Shown here one piece after another: positions 25,650 to 39,037 of a DNA stretch of 64,000 bases. Made by a program: the position numbers and the translations under genes. Every line of letters begins with the position of its first letter. The first letter of the stretch is position 1. The notes beneath the pieces are model-generated. The model did not search any database, was not told the origin of the DNA, and saw only the letters and a list, made by a program, of their open reading frames with translations. This DNA is from Sphaerodactylus townsendi (Eukaryota): assembly GCF_021028975.2 (NCBI RefSeq), contig NC_059432.1:69998001-70062000 (forward strand), given 5' to 3'.

Positions 25650-25797
25650 CTGTGGTGGCAAACCTGTGGCACTCCAGATGTTCATGGACTACAATTCCCA
25701 TCAGCCCCTACCATCATGGCCAATCAGCTATGCTGGCAGGGGCTGATGGGAATTGTACTCTGTGAACATCTGGAGTGCCATAGGTTTGCCACTACTG
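25650..25797. mobile_element. Palindromic hAT MITE
   Basis: 148-bp fold-back (ctgtggtggcaaacct...aggtttgccactactg) flanked by ccctagcg on both sides. Confidence 0.85.
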
Positions 25798-27008
25798 CCC
25801 TAGCGTATCACCATATTATGGGGAGTTTGCTCCTGTGAACATAATTGTAATGTAAAACACAAGTTAGCTCTAAAATTGCTAACAGAACAACAGGCCACTA
25901 TCCTGGATTGATCAGTGGGATAAATATGTAACGAGTTCTGTTGAATCATAATCTTTCTTCCAGTTTTCCAAGCACACGTTGTTTGCAAAAAAAATGAGGA
26001 ATTAATGGCAGTAGTTGCCCAAAGACAAAGATAAGGCAGGAAGAGATATTTTTGTTCTGTGCATACAGAAGTAACTGCCTATAAAGGGTATGTATGCCTT
26101 CGAACAATGGAGAATCTTCTGTGTGGATGCCATAGATCAAAGGGTAAAAACTCTTCTTCACCTAACTATCAGTCACTTGCTTGACCAAAGCGACTACGTA
26201 GCCTTTGTTTGATGTATTATTTTAAAGATACTATGGATCACACATTATTTTCCTTTCACTACAGTCTAAACAGTAAACATGTAAGTGCTGTTGCCAGTCC
26301 TGTAGATGCATAGAAAGATGCCAATCTCTTACGGAAGGCACAAACCACAGAGCACATTGCTCAGGACAAACCACTGTCCTTGGGGTAATGGCAAAAACGA
26401 AAAGTAACCTTCCAAGGTGTAAACTGGAATCATGTGGACATTTATAAAGAACCCTAAAAAGATGAGATGAGTGAAACGCGGTGTCAGTGCTCAGTCATCA
26501 CTCAAAGACTAGCTATTTTTTAAATAATAAAAAACAGAACATCAAGAAAGCATTTTTAACAGCCTCAAAACTGGGCCTTAAAAACCCAAATTACCACCAG
26601 CACAGAACCCAGGAGGGACATTGCCTGAAACAAATGTAACACGAGCTCGAGAAGGAGATGGGAAGCAAAAGTTAATTATGAAAAGTCATTCAAAGGGGCA
26701 AGAAAAAGTAACATCAAAATATATTTTAAAACCAGAAGTTCAACTTGGTACTTGTGTTAAAATGCCTCATTCCTTTCACTTCTGGAGCTTGACGGCTCCA
26801 ATAGGCAGCACCAATGGTGTCCTGAACCAGGAATTTTCTTTTATCTCTTCCGGTCTATCCCAGATACGCCCCCATTATTTGTACCAACAGAGATCTTAAT
26901 AGCCGCTTCACCATCCCTCAGACGTGTTCTACAATGACCAGAAGAAAAGACTGCAGTTTACAGCACTGATTTCACTTGTTTGCAACAAAGTCCATTTTTC
27001 TCCTGGTC

Positions 27009-27073
27009 TTAATATCCTTGCAGACCATTGTACACCTTCTGAACTGATGCCTGTCTTAGCAGTTGTTTTAGGC
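27009..27073 (-). CDS. DNAJB11: DNAJB11 exon 10 (last coding, stop TAA)
   Basis: GLKQLLRQASVQKVYNGLQGY*; 65 nt. Confidence 0.96.
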
Positions 27074-27753
27074 CTAGGGGGAAAAAAAGACTAATTACAT
27101 AAAGAACAGAACACTCATCTCATCTCAACCTACAGTGTCAAAGGAAAACCAACCCTACTCATACTGTTCTGATTCTCTGCAAGAACATTCACATTCTGAC
27201 TCTCAAAAGAGGTTTGAGAGAATGGGACATCGTTTAACACAAAGTGAAATGGGGAAAAGCTGCCAGTGAATAGAAAAAAACAGCTGTGCCACAAGTGCAC
27301 TGACATTATCTTGGTTACTGTCTCTACACAGCAGATTGGGAATAAGCAAGGAACCTAGAAGGATCACAGATTTTGGTCCCCTGTCCAGTCAGTCTTGTTA
27401 ATGATTATGAAGAAGGCCCAGGAGAGATCAAGGCACATTCCTCACAATCTTTGTAGTAGTAACTAACTGGGATGTTTTAGTTGGTCAGTGAAACAACTTC
27501 TCTAGAGACTCATAAATAAGGAGGTCTTTTCCACTGATAGGCTACAGCAAGCTAGATTTTAAAATCCCTGGCTAATTCTCAATAAAACAGCAAAAGTGCA
27601 TATAATAGAAATAATTTATGGGTGCTGCTCTTATATGCTTTTGAAGATACCTGCAGGGTAGGTAAAATAACAGCAAGAGGAGAATGCAATTACTGTACAA
27701 AATGTTTGGAAGTCCACTGTAACGTACAATTTTCAGCTATGCAAAATACAAAC

Positions 27754-27913
27754 CTTCCCTCTCTTCAGTAGTCAGTTGCTCTTTGGGAAAATCCACATCA
27801 AATGTTATTATTAGAGAGCCTTTAATGTTGTTGTTGTCAAAGTTGGGAAGACCTTCTCCTTTCTTCCACAGCTTTGCTCCAGGCTTTGTGATTTTATCTC
27901 GGGCAATGTGGAC
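27754..27913 (-). CDS. DNAJB11: DNAJB11 exon 9
   Basis: [53 protein letters not shown]; 160 nt. Confidence 0.96.
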
Positions 27914-28070
27914 CTGAAAAAGGCAGAAGCAAAGAGGGGGTGGACTTCACAATAAAGTAAGTGTGAACAAATGTAAAAGCACCATGGAAATAGTGTGGGA
28001 GCCTAAAGTATCTACTTTGCACGCTTTGATGCCCAAAACAGGACACAAAATAGAAACAGTCTTCTCTCAC

Positions 28071-28182
28071 CTTATGCCCATCTAAATGGGAAATATCCAT
28101 CTCAAAGCCCACTAACGCCTCGACCAGCGAGATAGTCACATTTGTATATAAATCATCCCCTCTTCGTTCAAAGACTGGATGC
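28071..28182 (-). CDS. DNAJB11: DNAJB11 exon 8
   Basis: [37 protein letters not shown]; 112 nt. Confidence 0.96.
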
Positions 28183-28955
28183 CTGCAGCCAACAGAAAAG
28201 AGCAACACAATCAGAAGAACCACCTCTTCCTGGGCTCCCTTCTTCTTGAATAGGGTAGAAATGATGGGGGATGCAGTCACCCTCCCTTTGCCAGGGGATT
28301 CCATCCACACAGATCATGGCTAGTAGGGAGAGGAAGGTCCCCCTCCCTTTCAGATGTCCTGTGTTTCTCAAGACAATAGTGTGCGTGTGAATGATTTAAA
28401 ATTATGGTATTGCTCCTTCATGAAGGACATTCATTGACACAGACAATAAGAGCCCCATCCAAAGACAAGGCGGGGGGCGGGGGGCGGCGGGACGGAATGG
28501 TTAAAAGGTCTTGAGGGAGTGTCACAGCCTTGTGTCTGCGAGTGTAGCCTCCTCAGGAGACTTGCCCTGGTGGAGGAGGCAGACTTCTCACTGTGGGGAA
28601 ACCTGTAAGACTGGGCTGTGGCAGTGCTGCATGTGGGAGGGGTGGAACCATTGTTAGTTGCCTCCCTCCCAGTGTTTTGGGATGGGAGCGGTGTGCCCTG
28701 AACCTCGGACTTATGAAGGTTCTGTAAGCCCTATGAGGTGTTTTGAAGCTTTTTTTGGCTACCCACACCTCCAGAAAACCCTCTTAGAGTCCTGCTGCCT
28801 CTGGATTTGGATGGGGTTGCATGACATAATGAAATCAGTATTTTTCAGCACCTGTCAAGGAAGTAATTGCTCTGTTTCATGGGTCAACACAGGACATTTA
28901 CAAGTCATCTTCCCCTGTAAACAAGACAAATAAAATCACATTGAATCCTAACTTA

Positions 28956-29045
<90 letters not shown>

Positions 29046-29330
29046 TCACTAGAAGTCATACAGGACACCAGCACAAATTATTCAGGCATACTAAGATTTG
29101 AGAGAATCCTACAAGCTGTCTACGTAAGGAAACAATTTGCTTGCTTCAGTGTGCAAGGGTAATTAATTCCATCTGCTAGCCTGCAGGCAATATGTTCATA
29201 AAAATATGATTCACACACCCATGACCAAATAACACAAAGAAGTGGAAGGTGGGTAGAAGAGGCAGATACATCATGCTGCAAAAAGCATGTGTTCGTGTTT
29301 TAAATTTAACTAAATGAAATTTTGCATATA

Positions 29331-29869
29331 CCATATATACTCACGTATAAGTCTACTTTTTCAGCACATTTTTTGTGCTGAAAAAGCCCCCCTTGAATTA
29401 TACGCGAGTGAGGGTCCCACTTAATTCTTTTGTAGCATTCCTCCTCTCCCGTCTTCGCTCTCTCCTGCCTTCTTCTCTGCCTTCCCCCTTTCAGTCGCTT
29501 TCTCAGCCTCCTTCTCTGCTTCACTCTCCTCTGCCTTCTTCTCTGCCTCCCCCCTTTCAGCCGCCTTCTCTGCCTCCTTCTCGGCGGTGGCCGGCTCCTG
29601 GCTCTCAGTGGGTGACAGCCAGTCGACCTGGATGTGCTGGACAAGCTGTGGGATGGAGAGGTCGGTGGCAGAGACCTTGGGACTGGTGAGATGGGGGTCA
29701 GTGGCAGAGATCCCAAATAGTTCCGACTGTATCTATTTTTATTTTTGAAATTTACTGGTAGATGCTGAATTTCCCACCCTAGACTTATACTTGAGTCAAT
29801 AAGTTTTCCCAGTTTTTTTGTGGTACAATTGACTTATATTTGGATCAACTTATACACAAGTATATACAG
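29331..29869. mobile_element. Tc1/mariner (pogo-type) non-autonomous element with CT-rich interior
   Basis: TA|ccatatatactcacgtataag ... cttatacacaagtatatacag|TA. Confidence 0.75.
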
Positions 29870-30290
29870 TATCTACTTTTACTGGACCAATAGAACGGTT
29901 TACTTGTATTTTGGAATCTTTGGCAAAAGAATTACAGAGCCTCATGGGAAGGACACAGAGTCAAGGGGAAATGAGAGAAGGAAAGGTGAAAGGCAAATTT
30001 CCAATTCCAGCATTACAGGAAGTCTTGCCTATATGCTACCTGTACATTGTTGCAGTTTTTCTACAACCCCAAGGACCAGAGGTTTGTATTTGGAAACAAA
30101 AAGTGTCTATAAAAAAAAATAAAACCTGAGTTTCTCAGGAACTTATTCTGTGTCACAGCATTAAAATAACAAACAAGACATTTTAAAGCCTCCAACAATG
30201 ACTACTGGAGCCATGTCCTCTTTTAATACCTAACCTAGGTACCAGGAAATTTGAGAAAAACCTTTACTGCCCCTGGTCAAACCAGTACTA

Positions 30291-30458
<168 letters not shown>

Positions 30459-30589
30459 CTACCAAACAGAATTCACTATTCAGTGGGGCGCTTTTTGGGG
30501 TGGGGGTGGGGGCTTTCTTTCCCCACTAGTGTAGAATAATGCTGCTGAGTCTGGTAGAGGAATAATATAAAAGTAGGGTCATTAGGATC

Positions 30590-30688
30590 CCATCAGCTCT
30601 CTAGCATGGCCAATTGGCCATGCTGGTAGGGGCTGATGGGAATTGTAGTTCCTGAACATCTGGAGAGCCGCAGGTTCCCTACCCCTGA
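30590..30688. mobile_element. Truncated copy of the palindromic hAT MITE family
   Basis: cccatcagc...gctgatgggaattgtagt...aacatctggag...cctacccctg, similar to 25650-25797. Confidence 0.7.
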
Positions 30689-33600
30689 TCTAGGCATTTC
30701 CTGATGACTCGAGAAATCACTTACAAGAATGCTACAGGGTGCAACTGCAAGTCTCATTTCACATAACTGTTTCTGCTTGTTAGCTGCAACTGGCTACAAA
30801 AGGTACCCACTTCCCAATTTTGTTTTAAATGCAGAAATAAACTCCTAGCAGAAGCACTGTCTGATTTCCACTGTACCGTTTCACAACTTGGAATTGACAG
30901 CCACAGCAGATGGTCACCCGGAACTTCAGTTCTGAAAGAAGGCTTGTGAAGAAGCTCACATCTGCTGATTTGGTTCACTACCCAAGGGACCAGCTGCAAT
31001 ACTAGCATTTTTTATATCTCTCCTTTATAACTGGCGGGAGTGACTGCCATGATCTTAAGACTAACAGACAGTTTCAACAAAAGTACTGGACATACTAGAT
31101 AATGATTTGTTGACACACACACAACACAGGAAGTGTATGCATGACAACCTACAGTACATCTTATATTTTACATTAGACTCTGCCTTACCAACTTTCCTTA
31201 GAGCTATGAAGAAACTGTAAGCCTTTTCTGAGGAAATGAGGAAATGTTCTGAGGCACCAAACAAGAAACTTTTACAATAGGGGGAAATCTGCCTGTTTCC
31301 TGCAGGCCTTCTGCTTTGAAATCCAGTAAGTGAAAAGTGGATCTCACAACTCACTTCCCGATCTATAAGCTTTGGGAAGCTACCACAAAGAACTGCCAGC
31401 AGAGCCGGGTAGACTCAGTAAGCTGGGAGATTCACTTCTCTCCCAACACACACAATGTATCCTTCCAGGGTGCCTTCCCTACCTAACCCCAAGCATCATC
31501 AGTCTAGCATGGTTGCCTACAGCACCAGGTCTTTTGCTCTGGAGGGAGAAGAGCAGAAATGGGTCAGGGACTATTGGCATATTTAGGGAGAGTGGGTTAT
31601 TTGCTGTTTTTTGTCAGTGTTTTTGAAATTTCCGGATTTGTAATGTGGTATAACTGCTTTGCTTCAATCTCCTCTTCTTGGTTCCTTTGAGGGAAGTGCT
31701 GGAGTTCAAGCACTTTTTTTTTAGCTCTCTGATTTCAGATAGGGTAGCAAGTATTGGTGCCATTGTCTCCATCTCTCCTGCACCCTAAATGTTTTAATCT
31801 AGATATATACGCTAAAGCCTGCCACACTTGAGACAATCACAGGAAACCCATTCCTACTGGCAAAGAAGGAAAAAAACCCTCACAGGAAACCCATAAGCTA
31901 TACTAGCCACACCCCACGCCTGCAGCCATACAAGCAAGAAGAACTCAAGTCTTGGCTCTGTGCACTTCTCGCCTGGCATTCCCACCACTGTCTCCAGACT
32001 AGCCTGCCCAGGCATTTTACCAAGATCCTCAGCCTGCACAGGGGGAAACCTCCCACCGGGAAAGCAGCAAATCAGGGAAGATACTGTGCAGGTTGAACCA
32101 AGATAAGGTGTGTATGTGTGGTGGTGGTGGTGGGGAGTAGGAAGTGGGTATCACAGACAACTGTGAGGTGGTGGGCCACACCACACCTGCAGGCAGTAGA
32201 GCAATGATGCCTGCTCTGCCCCTTGTTCTGCCCTTGGCTTCAAGCCACGTCCCATGCCCATGCCCTTCATCCAGTGCAAGCGTTGTTTGCATGACGAGAA
32301 AGCCCTTGCTGCCCTTCGAATTCCTGCCACCCGTATTTGTATTCTGGGTCTAGAGGGCTGGCTGGCAGAGTGTTCCTCTCCCTCATCACCATTTGTCCAC
32401 CGTTGAGCCAGCCATTGACAGCCCTTATTACTCCTGCAAACCTCAACCCCTTAGTTACTTAGAAGACTTAATTAGAAAATATTGGACATTTATATGTCCA
32501 TCATTTTCTCCATTTATTTCACAAGTAAGCAAACCAAAAAAGATACCAATAGGCTGTTCAGTTCCAAAATCAGGTAATTCTGTGTGCAGGGTCCTATATT
32601 AATTTTAGTCTCTCACTGTCATAATGGTTCTTTTACTTAGTTGCTAAAGTATTTATCTAATAGACCGTTTCTTTTCTGCCTGAGGCTTTCATGCCTCCTA
32701 TTTTGCCATATATCAGGGCATGCTTTGATTGAAAAGGCAATTGCCTGGGGACAGAACCAGTGCTCTGAGAGCTCTCCAGCATAGCCCTGGAACCAGACAG
32801 GTGGCAGCCAGTTAAAGCAATCCAGAGCTGAAGGGAAGGCATGCATGTGTGGGGAGAGAGGGATCCTCAGGAAGCCACGTTCCACCTGCAGCAATCTCCA
32901 CATGTCCCTGTCTCTTTCTGTGATATTGATCTACACTGGAATACCACTGTGCTGCACAGTACTATAATGTCAATAATTTCCCCGGTAAAATGTAAGGCAA
33001 TCACAGGAAACCCAAATGCCCCCCAGAATAAGCCTAGGGGTTTTTAACAGCAGGACCCCTGTGGGATAAGCAACAGACATGGAATAAAAAAGCAGGTGAT
33101 TGTAGGAGTATGGATCTGGATTTACATTTATATTTGGTATTAAAAGCCTACAATTTCTTACCGTAGATGCCTCATGTTTGACCTAAAACCTGGGATTTGG
33201 GGTTTGCCTGTCAGAAAGGCATACAGGATACTGACTTAGGGAGCTTTGATTACGTGTACAAGATTTATTGCCTATTATAATCAAGGTTTTCTTTAGCCAA
33301 GGATAATGTTTAAGGAGACATTATTCTATTTGTTTCAGTTGTGAGGAATCCAAAAGGCTTATGTAATTGTGCTATTCAAAAGTACATTTGGGGCAAGACA
33401 ACATGAAATATAACTATTGCCCTAAAATTAGTCGTTGATCTAGTTGAGAAGTTTTGATTCTTCAGGCACCTCTTCTCAATTCTCTTTCTATGAAGATGCT
33501 GGTCAGAAGGTGAATCATTCGGCTAAGTTATATCTCAAACACTTCTACAGTCCATAGTGGACTGTATTAAAAAAACCATAACAAACCTGTAAAACAAGCT

Positions 33601-34114
33601 TTACTGTCCCTCCCTCCTTTCCTTTTATGTATACCAGAGATTAATGAACCCCAATATTGCTAAAAGCAGTTTGTTTTGATAGCTAAATCAGACAAAACAA
33701 ACTGGTTTATTTGCTAGCCTGCAAACCAGGACTGTAAGCCATTGTTTAATTCTTATTTAGAATCCTGCTGCGTTAACTAGAGAACAAATCATCCAGCTGA
33801 GACATTAAGACCAAGGCTACAGTAAGTGCGGAATAACTCTTGCTAGTTAATAGGGTCAAAATGGATGTGATCTCCTTCATCAACTACTAAGGTTCCAGAG
33901 CAACAAAAGGCTGCACTGACAGGGAAATCATTCACATTCCAATTGAGAAGGTAACCCAGAGGGATTTCCCATTGACAACTTAAATTCACAAAGCAAAGCA
34001 GTAATGTTCACCACCATGTAGCTTACATTGGAGATGTAACCACTTCTCCTGCTACTTTTGGCAGTCATGCATTATTATAAATGATGAACATAACCAAGAA
34101 AACATCAGACTCAC

Positions 34115-34273
34115 TTAACATTGGGACACTCATCACAGACGACTTCTTGGGTCATCTGGAAACGCCCTGGGCCTAGCTTAAAGCGTGTTGTCCCTATCTC
34201 TTTGCCGGTAAGTAAATTGCATTTCTTTGCCGGTAAGCTTGTCTTGGCAAACAGGTTTGTTCTCGAAAGTAAC
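34115..34273 (-). CDS. DNAJB11: DNAJB11 exon 5 (Cys-rich region; 5' half frameshifted by indels)
   Basis: 3' half reads [21 protein letters not shown] intact. 5' half shows fragments of NKPV/RQA/GK/CN/RQE in shifting frames. 159 nt versus the expected ~143. Confidence 0.85.
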
Positions 34274-34613
34274 CTGAAACCGCATACAGAATCTCTGAAA
34301 ATTTATACTATGTAGAGCGTTCTAGCCCTAAATAATGCTTCTTAGTCCCTTTGTAAATTTGATATGCTCTACACAGAGGTCATATAAACCAAAACAGCAA
34401 CACTCTTGACCTGCTCCCTCAGACACTTGAATTAATCAATCAAGAAGGATATTGACAAGTCCTCTGTTCAAACAACAGCACATCATTGTCACCACTCCTC
34501 ACAACTGTTACATTTTTTAAATATGCCATTTTTAAAAAACCCTGGCATCATTAATTCCTCAAAAAAAAATCAGTAAGTGATCCCTTCATAGCAGGATGGT
34601 GTACACTCATTAC

Positions 34614-34746
34614 TTCCACAAAGTTTCCTGAATACACTTCTTCCAGTGTAACTTCTAGATCCACAATGATGTCACTTCCTCTTGGAATGTTTCTGTCTTG
34701 CTGGCGAGGACTGCCTCCAAACATGAAGCCAAAGTCCCCAAAGAAG
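34614..34746 (-). CDS. DNAJB11: DNAJB11 exon 4
   Basis: [44 protein letters not shown]; 133 nt, canonical sites. Confidence 0.96.
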
Positions 34747-36015
34747 CTACAAAAGAAGCCACCATTACTTCAGAAAGAAAAGGGAGCTGGACATCAAGAG
34801 ATTACTTTTGGCTCAAGTGGCAGGACAACATTCAAGACAGCTTTAGTTCTGTCAGCTGTGAAAGTAGGATCAACCAAACTCACACTCCTTTCCTGAGAGA
34901 TGTCCCCATCCAATGTTTACAGAGACATTAATTTGTGATACAACCGTAATGAAAACAGGAACAGAACCTGCCTGAAAGGGCAAACCCCGAAATGGGGAAA
35001 ATTTGCAAAGACAGCAGTCAGCATGAGGTTTCAAGAATGGAAGAACAATGGGTTACAGACAGAAATAAGCAAAAACAACTTCAGAAGGTTTCAGATGCAC
35101 CACCTTATGCTAGAGGGAAGTTACACAACATGAACCAGCAAATTGTGTCTGATTTTCACTAGGGTGGTTGGCTTGCTTTAACAGAGGGAACCAGAACTTC
35201 ACGTTTTAAGTCCAACTTCCCATTCTCAATGAGGAGAAAACAGGAGGAAAGGAAGCTCAAAAACTGTTCCTAATCCCAGAATGGGTTTGAGTTGTTGCAA
35301 CATGCTCCAGCAGGAAGAATATGGTGCAAGACAGCATCTGTGAAAACACCTTATGTATGTATGTTAAATATTTGGCTAACCCTCCCACTTTTCTGGCAGG
35401 AGGCACCCTGCATACAGGGTTGCCCTATTTTTCATAGCTGTTCCAGACAAATCATCTTTGAAATTGTGCTGAACACGAACAGTTTCCTCAGATTCCATGC
35501 AGCCAAAGCAACCAATTCCCTGGGGGTAGGAAAGGATTGAACAGCACTATTTAACCTGAGTTACACAGAGATCTTGCTATCAGTGAGTACTGCGCTGGCA
35601 GTTCTTTTTAAACAAAACAAACATGTGAGAAAGGGGAGTAAAATCTTGTTCCCTGATGCCTCCCTAAATTTCTACCCACTCTGTTTGCACTGGCGCTAGC
35701 ATTGCTCTCATAGCCTGGCTCATTTCTGACAAAGATGGGCTGGGAGAAAAAAAGGGGCCAGCAGTGCGGGGACAGGGGAGTTTCAATCACTCCATCTGCA
35801 TACTCTGTTTTCATTTTAAAAAAATAGAGCCATCTCACCCACTTTAGATGTGAACGAGTGGATTCATATTAAAACGCTCATGTAGATCTTGCCAACTCAA
35901 GTATATCTTGTCAACTTTCATGGATTACTAAATTTCTAACTCTGCCCCTTGTTGCGCAAAGCTGAGCATTGCAAAAGGATTTTTTTCCTAGTTGGCTAAG
36001 GTCAAGCTTCCAGAC

Positions 36016-36500
36016 GGCTGGTTTCCGCTCGCCACCCGACTGACGCTTTGGGACTCCGCCCTCCGCCGATCGTGATACCGTGGGCGCCTCGGTTAACCTG
36101 GGCAGATGTCCTCCCGCTGGCCTCCGGCGCTGTCAGCCGAGGCTTGGGGACACGCCTCTGGTTCTGGGCGCGCACCTGCTCCAGCGGGCGCAGGGTGATG
36201 GCGGTCCCCAGGCCTCGGCAACGCACCGGAGGCCCGGGACAAGGTAAGTGCTGGTGGAGGCGCCGCGTGAAGCCGCCGCCGCTCGCCGGGCAGCGGCTTC
36301 CACGGGCTGCTGCTTTCCCCAAAGAGCTTCCCAGCGCCAGCTGGGGAAAACGCTGGGGCCTTCAGTGGTCGGGCGGTCGTATGGCGCGTAAAGGACGGCG
36401 GCGTGGGCCAGCTGCTGCGCGCTCGCATCGGCGCCGGCGCTCCGGAGATGCATGCTTTGCCGTCTCCAGGTCGCCATTTAATGCCCGTGCGGAAACAGCC
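36016..36500. mobile_element. GC-rich MITE, probably PIF/Harbinger-type, in DNAJB11 intron 3
   Basis: TIR-like ends ggctg(g)tttccgc(t)cg / cgtgcggaaacagcc followed by TAA; the left flank does not match. Confidence 0.6.
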
Positions 36501-36962
36501 TAAGACAATCCTTTGGGTAATGCGACTAACCCCTCAATCTCATTCCCGTTATATTGCCAACTCCTGTGCTACCAGCGTTGGCACAGTGGGACTTACTTTG
36601 GCAGCAGCGAAGTGCAGCACAGGAACCCGAAAGGCGCATCAACATCAAGGGGAGTGCCTCCAACTCCTGGAGGGCCGAGTTGACTCCCAAAAGACTTTCG
36701 GCCTGGGAATGCCCCCTTCAGTGGCACAGACTTACACCACCAAAAAGTGTGGCGAAAGTCTTGTGTGTCTGTCTAAGTGAAATCTTCCTTCCCTGAGGGA
36801 GGAAGTTAGAGTTTTCAAAGAAGGTTGCAACTCCCAGTGCCCACACTAAGCATTGATTGCTCGCCCCAAATCTTTGGATCTTCGGGCTGTAATTGTGGCT
36901 TCGGATAAGGCTTTGTTCCAATTCATGCAAAACAACAAATTGGAGAAATAGGATGGTCTTAC

Positions 36963-37069
36963 TGTGAAAAAATATCTCCATGGGAACCCAAGGACCTCTT
37001 CTTTAAACCTTCTCCATCCATATGCATCGAGTACTGAAGCTTTCTCGCTTCCTCAACTCAGGACAGCAC
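36963..37069 (-). CDS. DNAJB11: DNAJB11 exon 3 (sequence corrupted: in-frame TGA and indels)
   Basis: Starts VLS and ends GSHGDIFSH with intact ag/gt sites. It is 107 nt instead of the expected ~98 and has TGA at 37058-37060. Confidence 0.85.
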
Positions 37070-38742
37070 CTGGAATGAGTAGGCCATTATACATAGCTAT
37101 GTATTTTACACAAAACTTTAATAAAGATAAATTCCTATATAGTTCTCAACAACTAGTCTGGCATGTCTTTGTTCGTTCATCATCTGTTCCTAAATTCTTA
37201 CATAATAAATGAGTTTAACTTTATTTACTGTTTTTTCCTCATTCTTTTAATGTTGCTCGAGGGATTTGTTTTCACTGTATATAAATTGCTGGCACAGTAC
37301 ATGTTTTTATTCAGATATGAAGAAGAAAACAAATCAATCACTTAGATGGAGAATACATACATAACATTGTGACTACCCCAATATTAAACATGCACACATT
37401 GACATGAGTTTGGATTTGCATATCCAGAATACAATGTGATAATCATTCCTCAATGCAGTGGAAAAAAGGAAGAATGGCATCATACAAAGAACTTGCTTTT
37501 AGGTTCCTAGGAGCTATCAGCAAGTGCAAGAGCCAAACAACAATCTAAACGTTGTTTTTTAAAATTGTATAACATTCTTTATAGCAAATTCTTAAAAATG
37601 GCAAATTCTTAAAAGTTGTTGATTATTGAAACAGCAACTTTTGGGACAACATTCAATAATAATTTCTTTACAAACTTACCAGCCAATTTGTTTTCCCCAT
37701 TCTTTTAAAAAATGTTGATTTAGTGATAAAAACTGTTGACAAAACCCTTCCAAAGCAACATATTAAAGAAGGATCCAGATTTAAATGAAGCAATTCACAT
37801 TTTAGCAGTAGTTACCACTAACTCAAAACAAATATATTTACTGCATGTATTAAATAATCATACAAGATAATTTTAGGATTTGAAAAATAGAATTAATGCT
37901 ATATTTCTGATTGTATCTAATTTTTTTTAGTCTAGGATGAAGCCCAAACACATGCCAACAATTCCCTGGTGCATTACCATGAATTGTCCTAGCTCAGAGG
38001 GAACCAAATACCAATGACACTGAATTTTTAAATTACTTGCTCTTCAATCAGCAGATATTAACATACACAATTCCAGATGAGACACAATTCCAAAGTTCCC
38101 TAAGAACTGTAACCCAATTTTTCTCCCATTCTTTCACAATTTTTTCCAAAGTTTTAGACACATTTTTAACAAAAGCATACATTCTATTTATTATTTCCTT
38201 TGAAATACTGGTTTCCAAGGCTTCTTCAAATGAGAATTCATTCTATATAGACTTATGCCTTATAATAAGGAAGACAACATTCCCAAGCTGTTATTGTTAA
38301 GGGGAAAGTAGCATGGTACTGTGCCCCCCCCCCCCCAATTTGGGCCATCAATAGATCATAAATTAATACCAAATCATTTCCCAATGTCAATAACCCAAAA
38401 TATTTCTAGAAATTTAAATGCACATGACTAACCTAGTAAGTAATCTTTATTTACCATCAATGACTAACCTAACCATAAACACAACTCACAATTATATAAA
38501 AGTAAAAATATTGGTGGTAACCATGGACCCAATACAAGTTGTTAGCAGTATTCAGAAATGGAACATAGAAAATTGTACATATTTTTCCTGCTTTTCTCAT
38601 GAAACTACAAACAGCTGCCTGTTGCACATCCAAAAACTTTTCTCAATTTGTCCAGTTCCACAGAAGCAAATTTAATAGCTTGATAATACTTCCTAATATT
38701 GGGAATATCTGTCCCCTCTGAATTGAATTTGCACACATCTAG

Positions 38743-39037
38743 AGAGCAGGCGTGGTTTAGTGGTTAAGAGCAAGTGTATTATAATCTGGAGAACCAGGTT
38801 TGATTCCCCACTCCTCCACCTGAGTGGCAGAGGCTTATCTGGTGAATCAGATGTGCTTCCACACTCCTACATTCCTGCTGGGTGACCTTGGGCTAGTCAT
38901 AGTTCTTTGGAACTCTCTCAGCCCCACCAACCTCACAAGGCGTCTGTTGCGCGGAGAGGAAGGGAAAAGAACTTGTAAGCCACCTTGAGTCTCCTTACAG
39001 GAGAGAAAGGTGGGATATAAATCCAAACTCTTCTTCT
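38743..39037 (+). mobile_element. tRNA-derived SINE (Squam3-like), followed by an older SINE to ~39240
   Basis: Same family, ends aaatccaaactcttcttct. Confidence 0.85.

Noticed and set aside
29306-29716. Arg-rich, protamine-like ORF (RRRQRRRLKGGRQRRRQ)
   Set aside because: Translation of a CT-rich simple repeat inside a mariner-type element; no gene structure
36002-36796. Cluster of overlapping 100-150 aa ORFs on both strands, suggestive of a nested gene
   Set aside because: Explained by the stop-poor, GC-rich MITE; Arg/Ala/Gly/Pro-biased translations with no recognisable domain
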